A stretch of DNA of 64,000 bases from an uncultured Caulobacterales bacterium (GCA_964513675.1 CAZEOD010000005.1:11061-75060); one strand, 5' to 3'. Shown: positions 49,078 to 58,375, counted from the first letter of the stretch. Numbers and translations are program-made. Notes: a model not told the origin generated them from the letters alone.

Positions 49078-50615
49078 TATACAGCGCTTTGCGCCGCTTT
49101 ATCCAGATGCCGCATATTATGTTTATCAATATAAGCGGCGTGATCCGGCATTTGCGCCGCCGTTTGGGCCATAAGCTGCTTTAAGCCCTTCATATGATTC
49201 ATGATATTATCTTGCGGAATTAAATCAACGCGGCTGTCATAATTTTGCGGCGCAAATCTTTGCCCCATATAAACGGCCACCCAACTGGGTTCTAAAAACA
49301 ATCCAAAATCATATGTAGCAATCCGGCCACGGCGGCGGAACAGCTCCATTTTCTCGGCCAGACTATCTGGAACTTTTGAGGTTCGCATATAGTCCCAAAA
49401 CGGCGTATCATCGCGCTCAGTCGCGTGATAATGCAAAACCAGAAAATCCCGCACGCGCTCAAATTCAAGATCCATCAAGCGGTTATATTCATCGCGGTCA
49501 ATTTCAATGTCTTCATCACGCGGGAAAAGCTCAATAAGTTTGGTGATGCCTTCCTGAATGAGATAAATAGAGGTCGATTCTAGCGGCTCTAAAAACCCGC
49601 CCGATAGCCCTATCGCGACACAGTTTTTATGCCACAATTTTCGCCGCTTACCTGTTGTAAAGCGGAGCTTTCGCGGCGCGGATAAAGGCGCGCCTTCGAG
49701 GTTATCTAAAAGGGATTTTTCGGCTTCATCATCGGAGATAAAATCACTGGCATAAACATGGCCATTACCTGTTCTATGCTGCAAAGGAATACGCCAGCGC
49801 CACCCCGCTTTATCTGCCGTGGCCCGCGTGTAAGGCAGAAGCGGGCCTTCACTTTCACATGGCACAGCGACAGCGCGGTCAACAGGCAGCCATTTCGTCC
49901 ATTTATCATATCCCGTTTCCAAGGCTTTCTCAATTAAAAGACCGTAAAACCCTGTGCAATCAATGAAAAAGTCACCGGCTATTTCCTGCCCATCTTCGAG
50001 CCGAACCGATTGAATATCGCCCTTTTCAGCCGCAAGTTTAACATCAACAACTTTACCTTCAATCCGCGTCACGCCGCGCGCTTCGGCATGCGCCCGCAGA
50101 AAGGGCGCATATTTAATCGCGTCAAATTGATAGGCATAGCGATAGGTCGAATTTACAGAACGCGGATCATCCGACGGCGGCTGAAATTTACCTGCGCGGC
50201 AGGCCATAATCGGCAAGGAATAATCTTGTAAAGACCCAATGCCCGCTTGGGATTGCATCTTATTATAATAGTGATGAAAGGGCACGCCAGCATTGGCGAG
50301 GCCAAATTCACCAAAGGGATGAATATAACTATCCCCAAGGCGGCCCCAATCGACAAATTCAATACCAAGCTTAAAGGTGGCCGAGGTCGCCGCCATAAAC
50401 TCGGCCTCGTCAATTCCAATCGTTTCATTGAAAAACTTAATATGCGGCAAGGTTGCTTCGCCAACCCCAACAACACCAATGGCTTCGGACTCAATCAAGG
50501 TAATATCAAGGCCCAGCCCAGACATCATGCTCGACAATCCTGCGGCACTCATCCATCCGGCTGTCCCGCCGCCTATGATGACAATTTTTTTCAAGGCAAT
50601 TCCCGTTTGACTCAT
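49077..50615 (-). CDS. Flavin-dependent 'tryptophan halogenase'-family protein (paralog 1, first gene of the operon)
   Basis: GGGTAGW, GVGEATLP, FKLGIEF, GWRWRIP and FLEPLESTSIY. Confidence 0.85.
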   Translation of the reverse strand: MSQTGIALKKIVIIGGGTAGWMSAAGLSSMMSGLGLDITLIESEAIGVVGVGEATLPHIKFFNETIGIDEAEFMAATSATFKLGIEFVDWGRLGDSYIHPFGEFGLANAGVPFHHYYNKMQSQAGIGSLQDYSLPIMACRAGKFQPPSDDPRSVNSTYRYAYQFDAIKYAPFLRAHAEARGVTRIEGKVVDVKLAAEKGDIQSVRLEDGQEIAGDFFIDCTGFYGLLIEKALETGYDKWTKWLPVDRAVAVPCESEGPLLPYTRATADKAGWRWRIPLQHRTGNGHVYASDFISDDEAEKSLLDNLEGAPLSAPRKLRFTTGKRRKLWHKNCVAIGLSGGFLEPLESTSIYLIQEGITKLIELFPRDEDIEIDRDEYNRLMDLEFERVRDFLVLHYHATERDDTPFWDYMRTSKVPDSLAEKMELFRRRGRIATYDFGLFLEPSWVAVYMGQRFAPQNYDSRVDLIPQDNIMNHMKGLKQLMAQTAAQMPDHAAYIDKHNMRHLDKAAQSAV

Positions 50616-50653
50616 TCTTTACGAACGTTTTTCTTTGCAGTTAAGCGCAAGAC

Positions 50654-50667
50654 TGACAAGGTTGTCA
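50654..50667. promoter_or_regulatory. Operator variant TGACAAGGTTGTCA (13/14) in the divergent halogenase / DUF6445-like promoter region
   Basis: One central mismatch relative to the 44668 palindrome. It lies 39 nt upstream of the halogenase operon ATG. Confidence 0.55.
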
Positions 50668-50733
50668 ATCATATCATCTATGGATATATATGAGATAAAA
50701 ACGCGCACCCTAAACCGATATTTCAGGCCCCCT

Positions 50734-51423
50734 ATGCCCCCAGATTCTTTTTCATATCATATTGAACATTTCGGGGATGAAAAAGAGCCTGTTATTGTCA
50801 TGGATAATTTTAGCGGGAAGTTAGATTTACTTCTTCGCCATGCGCAATCACAAAAATTTTCGCCCGGCAGCGCCTATTATCCCGGCGTTCAAGCGCAGGC
50901 GGATGTCAATTATTTAACGCTACGCCGCAAAGAGCTTCCGCAAATCATGCGGGATGTTTTTGACATTCAGCACGGCCTTAACATCGAGAGCTGCGTTTAT
51001 GCGCTTGTCACGCGCCCCCCGGAGACACTCACGCCGGGGCAACGTCTACCCCATCATGACGGTAATGAGGGCAATCTTTTTGCGCTACTCCATTACATTC
51101 AAGGCGCAGAAGATGCAGGCACGGCCTTTTATCGTCACCGCCGCACAGGATTTGAAACCGTCACAGAAGAGCGCGCCGAAACTTACCGCGCTGCACTGAA
51201 GGAGGACGCTGCGGAATTTGGGATGCCGCCCGCGCAATATTTTTACGGTGATGACGCACGTTATGAAATGATTGGGGAGATTAAAGCCCGCCCAGACCGC
51301 GCGATTTTATATCGGGGGCGCACGCTACATTCTGGCTGTATTCCACTCGGCACCACCGAGGCGGCCTCAGTTGAAACGGCGCGCATTACGCTCAATACAT
51401 TTATTTGGGACACGGCGGCATGA
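50734..51423 (+). CDS. DUF6445-like protein with a possible Fe(II)/2OG-oxygenase-type HxD...H triad
   Basis: PVIVMDNF near the N-terminus, then LPHHDGN ... RTLHSG ... ARITLN. The start is uncertain (50635, 50680 or 50734). I chose 50734 because the operator lies inside the longer ORF. Confidence 0.55.
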   Translation: MPPDSFSYHIEHFGDEKEPVIVMDNFSGKLDLLLRHAQSQKFSPGSAYYPGVQAQADVNYLTLRRKELPQIMRDVFDIQHGLNIESCVYALVTRPPETLTPGQRLPHHDGNEGNLFALLHYIQGAEDAGTAFYRHRRTGFETVTEERAETYRAALKEDAAEFGMPPAQYFYGDDARYEMIGEIKARPDRAILYRGRTLHSGCIPLGTTEAASVETARITLNTFIWDTAA

Positions 51424-51917
51424 CCCCGCCCCGCTTAATTATTATTTGCGGGGTCTCGGCCTCTGGGAAATCAACAATCGGTAGCGCCCTCGCCGCCGCA
51501 TTATACTGCCCATTTTTGGAAGGGGATGATTACCACCCCCCTGCGAATATCGCGAAAATGGCGAGCGGAACACCGCTTACAGATCATGACCGCGCGGGTT
51601 GGATTGATATGATTTGCGGCGACGTCAACTCATCGCAAGAGCGCACGCTTGTCTTATCCTGCTCCGCACTGACTGATTTCGTCCAAAATAAACTTAAGAC
51701 TGATGTAGTGCGCGATATTATTTGGATAAAACTCATTTTGACGCGCCAAGAGGCCGAGCGGCGGATGAAAGCCCGCGATCATTTTATGCCGCCGGAGCTT
51801 ATGGATAGTCAGTTCGACGCCTGGAATCCGCCCAAAGACGGGCTAGAGATTATAGCGACACAAGAAAAAGCCGCGATCATATCTCAGATCACGGCTTATA
51901 TTTCGCAGTTAGATTAA
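51420..51917 (+). CDS. gntK: Gluconokinase (SKI-family gluconate kinase)
   Basis: P-loop GVSASGKSTIG followed by FLEGDDYHP, typical of GntK. An ATGA overlap joins it to the preceding gene. Confidence 0.8.
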   Translation: MTPPRLIIICGVSASGKSTIGSALAAALYCPFLEGDDYHPPANIAKMASGTPLTDHDRAGWIDMICGDVNSSQERTLVLSCSALTDFVQNKLKTDVVRDIIWIKLILTRQEAERRMKARDHFMPPELMDSQFDAWNPPKDGLEIIATQEKAAIISQITAYISQLD

Positions 51918-51921
51918 CGCC

Positions 51922-54474
51922 TTAATTTTCGCAGCGAATACCATCTTTGCTCTCTTCTTTCAGTCGAATTTCGGACAGCCCAACGCTTGTTCCAGCAGGC
52001 GCCTGAAGGGAGAAGGCCTGTTTAAGATCGGCCATAACCGCACCAGCCCCGTCAAAACATTTCAGAGATATCCGTGTCTCACTCCATTCAGGTGTTAAAG
52101 TCACGGGGCGGAATGTTCCGCAGGCCCCTGTTTCAGGACAGCCAACCGCTACGCTCACATCGCCTGATCCATCAATTAATTTACTCATGAAGGAAAGCTC
52201 CATCGCGCCATTTGTTTCGCGCTGATAATCATGACCATAACGCGAAGAGATCGAGAGAATATTTTTCGCCTGTTTGAAGTCAACCCGCAGGCCGTCTTCC
52301 TGGGCTGTATGATCGTAACCGCCTAAGCGAAGACCCGCATTATTAAAGGGCATGGCTTCGATATTTGTGCCATTAACCGCCAAGCGCCAAGGCTGCGGAC
52401 TTGCGCCTTTCTCAAAGAACACGCCTTTTTGACCGCTTACGCCGCCAACGATGCCGCTATCTTCGGAAAGCTCAGCAATAGGCTTTTTATCGCCATAGCT
52501 AAGTCCGTAACCGAGCTTAAACAAAGGCTCATAATCGGCATGATGTGGATTTAGCTTGGTTTGCGTCGCAAGTTTTGGCCATGAAAAAGAGAGCCGGCCT
52601 GTGAAATCATAATCAGGATTTGTCTGGAATAATAAATCAGACACACCGCCGCCTTCTGTTCCCGGAAGGAAAGCCGCAATAAAAGCATCCGAGACATTCA
52701 TTTCAGGGTTCGTCCAGAGCGGCCGGCCCGATAAAAAGACAGAGACAACGGGAATATCCGCATCTTTAAAAGCTTTTAGATTTTGCGGATCAAAATCATT
52801 CGGCGTAAAATCAACATTTTCGCGGTCGCCTTGGAACTCCGCATAAGGGTCTTCGCCGTAAATCGCAATAACAGCATCTGTACCCGCCGGAACCGCCGCG
52901 CCTTCGAGATCAAATGTCACGCGCCCGCCTGCGGCAGTGACCGTGTCCTTGATCGCAGATAAAATAGACTCGCCATTTGGAAACTCATCATTCGTATGAT
53001 TTCCGCCCTGCCAAGACAGCGTCCACCCGCCGGCCATTTTCGCAATATTTTCCGCGCCTTTACCAACAACATGAATATTCTTGCCGGCAGCTAAGGGTAA
53101 GGTTTGATTGTTATTTTTCAGCAATACCATAGATTTACGCACAGATTCGCGCGCAACATCACGATGCGCTTTCGAGCCGAGTAATTCCGTCTTACCCGAG
53201 AATGCACGCTCACTTGGCTTTGGCTTTTCGAAAATACCAGAGTTAATTTTCACCCGTAATATACGGCGCACCGCATCATCAAGGCGCTCCATAGGAATAA
53301 CACCTGATTTCGCATGACCCAATAGAGACTCATATAATCCCTTCCAGCTATCGGGGGCCATATACATATCAAGACCCGCGTTCAGAGCTTGCGGGCAATC
53401 AGTGGCCGTACAGCCCGGTATTAAGGCATGACCATTCCAGTCGCCGACAACGAAGCCTTGAAAATTCATCCGGCCCTTAAGAACATCGGTTAAAAGCTCT
53501 TTTTGGCCATGCATAGGCTGGCCTTTCCATGACGAGAAACTTGCCATCACAGATTGCGCCCCGTCAGCAACCGCCGTCAAGTAACCGGCCAAGTGAATAT
53601 CACGTAGCTCGGCCTCTGTGACCTTGGCGTCACCTTGGTCAACACCGTTTTCAGTCCCGCCGTCCCCAAGGAAATGTTTCGCGCTTGAGATTACTTTTCC
53701 ATCGGCCATGAAACCATCGGTTCCTTTTTCGCCTTGCAGACCGCGAACAATCACGCCGCCGTAAGACTCGACAATCTCAGGGGCCTCGGAGAAGCCTTCA
53801 TATGCGCGTCCCCAGCGGTCATTTTGCGGAACCGCCAAAGTCGGGGCAAAGGTCCAGTCGTGCCCTGATACGCTTAGCTCCGTTGCCGTCACTTCTGCGA
53901 TACGTTTCATGAGGTCAGGATCATTGGCTGCGCCTAGTCCAATATTATGCGGAAAGACAACAGCGCCCGTCAGATTGGCATGGCCGTGAACGGCATCAAT
54001 GCCCCAAACCATGGGAATGGCAATCTCGACACCTTCAGGATCAATTGACGCTGCGAAATATTCATCAGCCGCTTCAATCCATGCATCCGCAGCCGCATAG
54101 GCCAAATCGCCCGGCGCAGAATTACCGCCGCTCAAAACAGAGCCTAATCTATATTGCTTAACCTCTTCGGGCGTCACAGCCCCCGTATCAGCCTGTATAA
54201 CTTGACCAATTTTTTGCTCAAGCGTCATTTTGGCGAGCATATCATCAATCCGCGCTTCAACCGCAGCGTCAAGCGGCGCGGTGCGCACGATTGGCCATGC
54301 CTTTGGATTAATGAGCGCTTTAGTTGCGGCTTGCGGCGCAGCCGCGCTAGCAGCGGCGACATCATCGCTCGCGACATCTTTTTCGAGATCACTAGATGCG
54401 CCGCTACACCCTGCAACAAGCGCAGTTGTAGACAATAAAATCAAGGTGCGTTTTAGCTCTGAGGTCTTCATCAT
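51922..54474 (-). CDS. Periplasmic/lipoprotein GH3 beta-glucosidase (ExoP/BglX-like exo-beta-glucanase, 850 aa)
   Basis: Lipobox LVAGC, GH3 N-terminal domain motifs (GIDAVHG, KHFLGDGGT) and the nucleophile context FVVGDWNG. A C-terminal extension domain is present. Confidence 0.88.
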   Translation of the reverse strand: MMKTSELKRTLILLSTTALVAGCSGASSDLEKDVASDDVAAASAAAPQAATKALINPKAWPIVRTAPLDAAVEARIDDMLAKMTLEQKIGQVIQADTGAVTPEEVKQYRLGSVLSGGNSAPGDLAYAAADAWIEAADEYFAASIDPEGVEIAIPMVWGIDAVHGHANLTGAVVFPHNIGLGAANDPDLMKRIAEVTATELSVSGHDWTFAPTLAVPQNDRWGRAYEGFSEAPEIVESYGGVIVRGLQGEKGTDGFMADGKVISSAKHFLGDGGTENGVDQGDAKVTEAELRDIHLAGYLTAVADGAQSVMASFSSWKGQPMHGQKELLTDVLKGRMNFQGFVVGDWNGHALIPGCTATDCPQALNAGLDMYMAPDSWKGLYESLLGHAKSGVIPMERLDDAVRRILRVKINSGIFEKPKPSERAFSGKTELLGSKAHRDVARESVRKSMVLLKNNNQTLPLAAGKNIHVVGKGAENIAKMAGGWTLSWQGGNHTNDEFPNGESILSAIKDTVTAAGGRVTFDLEGAAVPAGTDAVIAIYGEDPYAEFQGDRENVDFTPNDFDPQNLKAFKDADIPVVSVFLSGRPLWTNPEMNVSDAFIAAFLPGTEGGGVSDLLFQTNPDYDFTGRLSFSWPKLATQTKLNPHHADYEPLFKLGYGLSYGDKKPIAELSEDSGIVGGVSGQKGVFFEKGASPQPWRLAVNGTNIEAMPFNNAGLRLGGYDHTAQEDGLRVDFKQAKNILSISSRYGHDYQRETNGAMELSFMSKLIDGSGDVSVAVGCPETGACGTFRPVTLTPEWSETRISLKCFDGAGAVMADLKQAFSLQAPAGTSVGLSEIRLKEESKDGIRCEN

Positions 54475-54528
54475 TTTCCCTTATGGACTGCCAAATTATG
54501 GTTTTGGCTTTAAGTTTTCATCAAAAAT

Positions 54529-54542
54529 TGACAACGTAAGAC
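54529..54542. promoter_or_regulatory. Degenerate operator TGACAACGTAAGAC (one good half-site) between GH3 and the lactonase operon
   Basis: TGACAACGT matches 9 nt of the consensus and the second arm is poor. It lies 55 nt from the GH3 start and 77 nt from the lactonase start. Confidence 0.35.
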
Positions 54543-54618
54543 AATTAATTCTATAAAAACAAAAAAAGAGCAAGTAAAATCTTGCTCACAGCTAATAACA
54601 GCTATCGGGGATATTGAC

Positions 54619-55629
54619 ATGATTAATCGACGCCACGTCTTAGCCGGGGCCGCCCTTGCGCTGCCATCTTGTCACAAATCGCCGGCCAGCACAGCCGCTA
54701 CGAATCCAGCGCTTGAGGCTTTCTCTCCGCGGTTTTTCGATTTCATCGGAAAAAGCGCGTCCCTAGAGGTTCTAGGCTCTGGTTATGGCTGGTCAGAAGG
54801 CCCGGCATGGGACAAAGCCCGCGGCCAACTTTACTTCACAGACGTTCCCGGAAACACGGCTTATGTTTGGAAAGAGGGCCAAGGCGTTGAGGTATTTCTC
54901 TCTCCGTCTGGCGCCATCGTTGAAGGCTTTCGCGAACCCGGAGCAAATGGACTATTTTACAGCCGCAACGGCCAGTTGATTCTGTGTAATCATGGCAAAC
55001 GCGGCATCGAATCTCTTAATATTGACAGCAAAGCCCGTACCCTTCTGACAATGAGCTATAAAAATAAAGCTTACAACTCACCGAATGATGTCGTTGAGGC
55101 CAGCACGGGTGATCTTTATTTTACCGACCCGCCTTATGGCCTTGAAGGGCTAGACGATTCGCCCCTTAAAGAGCAGGCGCATAACGGCGTTTATCACCTC
55201 AGCAAAAGCGGCGCTGTTAAGCTGATGATCGCAGATTTAACATTTCCCAACGGCGTGGCCTTATCGCCTGATGAACGCTGGCTCTATGTCGCGCAATCAG
55301 ATCCTAAAGCGATGCATATTTACAGACTAGACCTCACAGACCCCAAGGCTGAAAAAGAGCTATTGGTTGATCTTGCGCCTTTTTCAGGGCCAGACCTACC
55401 GGGACTGCCGGACGGCATGGTTATTGACCAAAAAGGCTATCTTTTCGCAACAGGCCCCGGCGGCGTGTTTGTTATCTCGCCAAAGGGTGATGTCTTAGGC
55501 CGCATTAAAACCGGCAAAGGCAGCGCGAATTGTACCTTTGGAGAAGACGGCTCAACATTATTTATTACCAATCATGACCGGCTCGTAAAAATCCCGACTC
55601 TAACGCGGGGCCTCGCATGGGGATCATAA
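54619..55629 (+). CDS. SMP-30/gluconolactonase/LRE family protein, exported
   Basis: GGGGA SD and an N-terminal RRHVLAGAALALPSC (Tat-like lipoprotein signal). Six-bladed propeller motifs are present (EGPAWD, PNDVV, PDGMVID). Confidence 0.85.
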   Translation: MINRRHVLAGAALALPSCHKSPASTAATNPALEAFSPRFFDFIGKSASLEVLGSGYGWSEGPAWDKARGQLYFTDVPGNTAYVWKEGQGVEVFLSPSGAIVEGFREPGANGLFYSRNGQLILCNHGKRGIESLNIDSKARTLLTMSYKNKAYNSPNDVVEASTGDLYFTDPPYGLEGLDDSPLKEQAHNGVYHLSKSGAVKLMIADLTFPNGVALSPDERWLYVAQSDPKAMHIYRLDLTDPKAEKELLVDLAPFSGPDLPGLPDGMVIDQKGYLFATGPGGVFVISPKGDVLGRIKTGKGSANCTFGEDGSTLFITNHDRLVKIPTLTRGLAWGS

Positions 55630-56984
55630 TTGAGTACAGAGCCATATGGGCTACGCTTATAAGCCTCGTTTTATTGCTAGCCTTAATATTACGTTTTAAA
55701 TCCAATGCCTTTATCACGCTGTTGGGCTGCGCCATTTTAGCAGCCCTCTTGGCAGGAATGGATCCTGAAACCGCCTTTAAGACGGTGCAAAACGGCATGG
55801 GCGGAACGCTCGGATTTATTGCCGCCGTTATAGGCCTTGGCGCAATCTTCGGCGCAATAATGGAGCAAAGCGGCGCCATACTCGTCTTGGCAGCCCGCGT
55901 TGATAGCGTCAAAGGGGACGGCCCCAAATCTATGGCCGCAGGCCTCATGGGCTTAATCGCCGCAATCCCGGTGTTTTTTGATGTCGCTTTAATTATTCTT
56001 TTGCCGTTTATCATGAAGCTTGCACAAAAAGCGGGGAAAAAGCCCCTCTTCTTTGGCCTCCCGCTTTGCGCAGGCCTCGCCATTGGTCACGCCTTTATTC
56101 CGCCGACCCCCGGCCCTATCGCGATTGCAGAGTTAATCGGCGCTAATCTCGGCCATGTGATTCTTATGGGCAGTTTGATTAGTGTGATTTGTTTAATTAT
56201 TTCTGGGCCTATTTTGACGGTTTGGCTTGATAATACGGGGCGGCTTCCCGGCATTGTGCAAGGGCCCGCCAAGGCCGGCTTTGCCGCCGAGGTCAGTGAC
56301 ATCGCCGCGAAACCGATATCATTTACGCTTGCCTTGATTGTGATGCTATTGCCAATAATCCTGATTATGGCCGCGACGATTGGTGATTTAACCCTAGCAG
56401 ATAGTCCGTTTAAGACGGGATTGGCCATTATAGGTCACCCTTTCACAGCTTTGATTATCGCCTGCCTCGCAAGTTGGGTTTTGCTTAAACCCAAAACGGA
56501 GACTGAACGGAGCGCGATGCGCGAAACATTATCGCGCGCCTTTGAACCCACCGCCGCCGTTATACTTGTTACAGGCGCAGGCGGGGCCTTTAAACAAGTC
56601 CTTGTTGATACTGGCGCAGGTAAAGATATTGCGCAATATTTCATCAATGCTGGATTAACGCCCGTCTTGCTCGCCTTTGCAATGGCGCTTTTACTTCGTG
56701 TCGTACAGGGCAGCGCAACAGTTGCCATGATTACGGCCGCAGGATTAATTGCGCCGCTTATTAGCGTCATAGCCCCGAACCCGTGGCAACTCGCCGTGCT
56801 GACAACCGCGATTGCCGCCGGCGCAACAGGCTTCTCACATGTCAATGATTCAGGGTTTTGGCTCGTTGGCCGCCTCTTCAAACTGACAGAAGCCGAGACT
56901 CTCAAAAGCTGGACATTATTAACAGGTGTGATTTCCTTAACTGGCCTTTTAGTCTGTTTCTGCCTATATGGCGCCTTAGGATAA
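55617..56984 (+). CDS. GntP-family gluconate:H+ symporter
   Basis: 455-aa polytopic protein with GntP-type stretches (PPTPGP, VNDSGFW). Confidence 0.85.
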   Translation: MGIIIEYRAIWATLISLVLLLALILRFKSNAFITLLGCAILAALLAGMDPETAFKTVQNGMGGTLGFIAAVIGLGAIFGAIMEQSGAILVLAARVDSVKGDGPKSMAAGLMGLIAAIPVFFDVALIILLPFIMKLAQKAGKKPLFFGLPLCAGLAIGHAFIPPTPGPIAIAELIGANLGHVILMGSLISVICLIISGPILTVWLDNTGRLPGIVQGPAKAGFAAEVSDIAAKPISFTLALIVMLLPIILIMAATIGDLTLADSPFKTGLAIIGHPFTALIIACLASWVLLKPKTETERSAMRETLSRAFEPTAAVILVTGAGGAFKQVLVDTGAGKDIAQYFINAGLTPVLLAFAMALLLRVVQGSATVAMITAAGLIAPLISVIAPNPWQLAVLTTAIAAGATGFSHVNDSGFWLVGRLFKLTEAETLKSWTLLTGVISLTGLLVCFCLYGALG

Positions 56985-56986
56985 AT

Positions 56987-58375
56987 ATGCGCCAAAGGGG
57001 CCAGCCATTAGAGAGGGGGAAATCATTGAATAAGCTTCAAAAGCTATTCGGCTACGGCATTGGTGATTTTGGCCTCAATATTTATTGGAAGACCATATCG
57101 CTCTATCTTGTCTATTGGTACACAACGATTGTTGGCCTTGATCCGCGTATTGCCGGAACTTTATTTTTCATTGGTATGACATGGGATGCGATTTCTGATC
57201 CTATCATCGCCTCTCTATCTGAGCGCGTGACATCACGTTTCGGAACCTATCGGCCCTTTTTGCTCTACGGCTCTGTTGCGCTCGGCTTTGCTTTTGTTCT
57301 GCAATTTTGGGTGCCGCCCTTCACAGGCCCGCGGCTTATTTTATATCTTATCATCGCCTGTGTTATATTTCGCAGCGCTTATACCATTGTCGCGATTCCC
57401 TATGCGGCCATGGCATCGCGCTTGACCTATGACAGTATTGAGCGTGCCGATTATTCAGGCGCGCGCATGTTTTGTGCCTTTTTAGGCCTCTTGCTAATTT
57501 CGATGTTTTTACCGCCTCTCGTCGAGGTTTTCACCACCCGAACAGGCTCCGAACAAAAAGCCTTTCAATATGCCGCTGCCATTGGCGCGATTGTGGCAAG
57601 CTTGGCTATATTACTCTGTTTTGCCATGACGAAAGAGCAGCCTCTTCCGCCGCAAACGGTTCGATCAAAAAAAGTATGGTCGGGAATTACGGAAAATATT
57701 CGCACCAATCGCTCTTTGCGAATTTTAATTTGCCTCATTATTTTAAATACAGTTGCGGGGGCCAGCCTTAGCCTCACCCTCGTATTTTTCATTGATGCGA
57801 ACCAAGCTAAATTTGCCTCCAAAGAAGCCGTCTTAACCGCCTATGCGATTGGCACATTAATATTTGTACCGATCTGGACTTTCTGTGTGCACCGCTATGG
57901 CCGCAAGAAAATATGGACAATAATTGTATTAATTTACATTGCTGTTGCGCTTCATATGCTAGTGTTTTCATCTGTAACAATCAGCGGCATACCCATTCAA
58001 ATTATAATTTTCGGCGCCTGCGGCGGAGGCTTAGCTATGATTTTATGGGCGTTTATTCCCGACTGCGTCGAATTTGGACAAATTGATAGCGGTTACAGAT
58101 CCGAAGCCGGCGTGTTTGGATCTGTGATGGTCACGCAGAAATTATCAGGCGCTTTAACGGGATTATTAGTCGGATTTATGCTTGCCGCCTTTGGCGTCTC
58201 ACAGGCGAGCGACGGCTTTATTGTGAGTTCAGAAAAAATGACGCTTTTTCTCGCGATTGTTCCAGCCCTTTTATTAGCGCTCTCCCTTATTCCGGTGTTC
58301 CAATTACCATTGGAACGCGCCGCCCATTCAGATATTATAGATAAACTCCAAAACAAGGACGTCACACATGGTTAA
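56987..58375 (+). CDS. GPH-family (MelB-like) glycoside/oligosaccharide:cation symporter
   Basis: N-terminal FGYGIGDFGLNIYW and DAISDP motifs, with about 12 TM. The ATG at 56987 lies 2 nt after the gntP stop, so the ORF-track N-terminal extension is rejected. Confidence 0.8.
   Translation: MRQRGQPLERGKSLNKLQKLFGYGIGDFGLNIYWKTISLYLVYWYTTIVGLDPRIAGTLFFIGMTWDAISDPIIASLSERVTSRFGTYRPFLLYGSVALGFAFVLQFWVPPFTGPRLILYLIIACVIFRSAYTIVAIPYAAMASRLTYDSIERADYSGARMFCAFLGLLLISMFLPPLVEVFTTRTGSEQKAFQYAAAIGAIVASLAILLCFAMTKEQPLPPQTVRSKKVWSGITENIRTNRSLRILICLIILNTVAGASLSLTLVFFIDANQAKFASKEAVLTAYAIGTLIFVPIWTFCVHRYGRKKIWTIIVLIYIAVALHMLVFSSVTISGIPIQIIIFGACGGGLAMILWAFIPDCVEFGQIDSGYRSEAGVFGSVMVTQKLSGALTGLLVGFMLAAFGVSQASDGFIVSSEKMTLFLAIVPALLLALSLIPVFQLPLERAAHSDIIDKLQNKDVTHG

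Noticed and set aside
44901-50615. Reading the four halogenase genes as a halogenated natural-product biosynthetic gene cluster
   Set aside because: The window has no NRPS, PKS, carrier protein, flavin reductase, tailoring or export genes. Every neighbour is a sugar uptake or catabolism gene, and the operon carries a LacI-type operator.
56858-56986. ORF-track N-terminal extension of the GPH transporter, and similar extensions at 30007 (secA), 26012, 20891, 18733, 51405, 3206 and 12405
   Set aside because: The extensions overlap the preceding gene or start at TTG or GTG. They add non-homologous residues ahead of canonical N-termini such as [10 protein letters not shown] in SecA. Internal ATG starts give tidy junctions (ATGA, TAATG or 2-nt gaps).
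55565-56995. Two long antisense ORFs (55565-56083 and 56435-56995) opposite the GntP gene, and similar antisense ORFs inside acnA, the TBDRs, ABC permeases and GH3
   Set aside because: These are Ala/Pro/Arg-rich shadow frames of well-supported genes, with no independent motifs. The same reasoning applies to all other nested ORFs in the track, for example 593-775, 6383-6922, 7523-8236, 14050-14649, 44023-44481 and 63549-63947.
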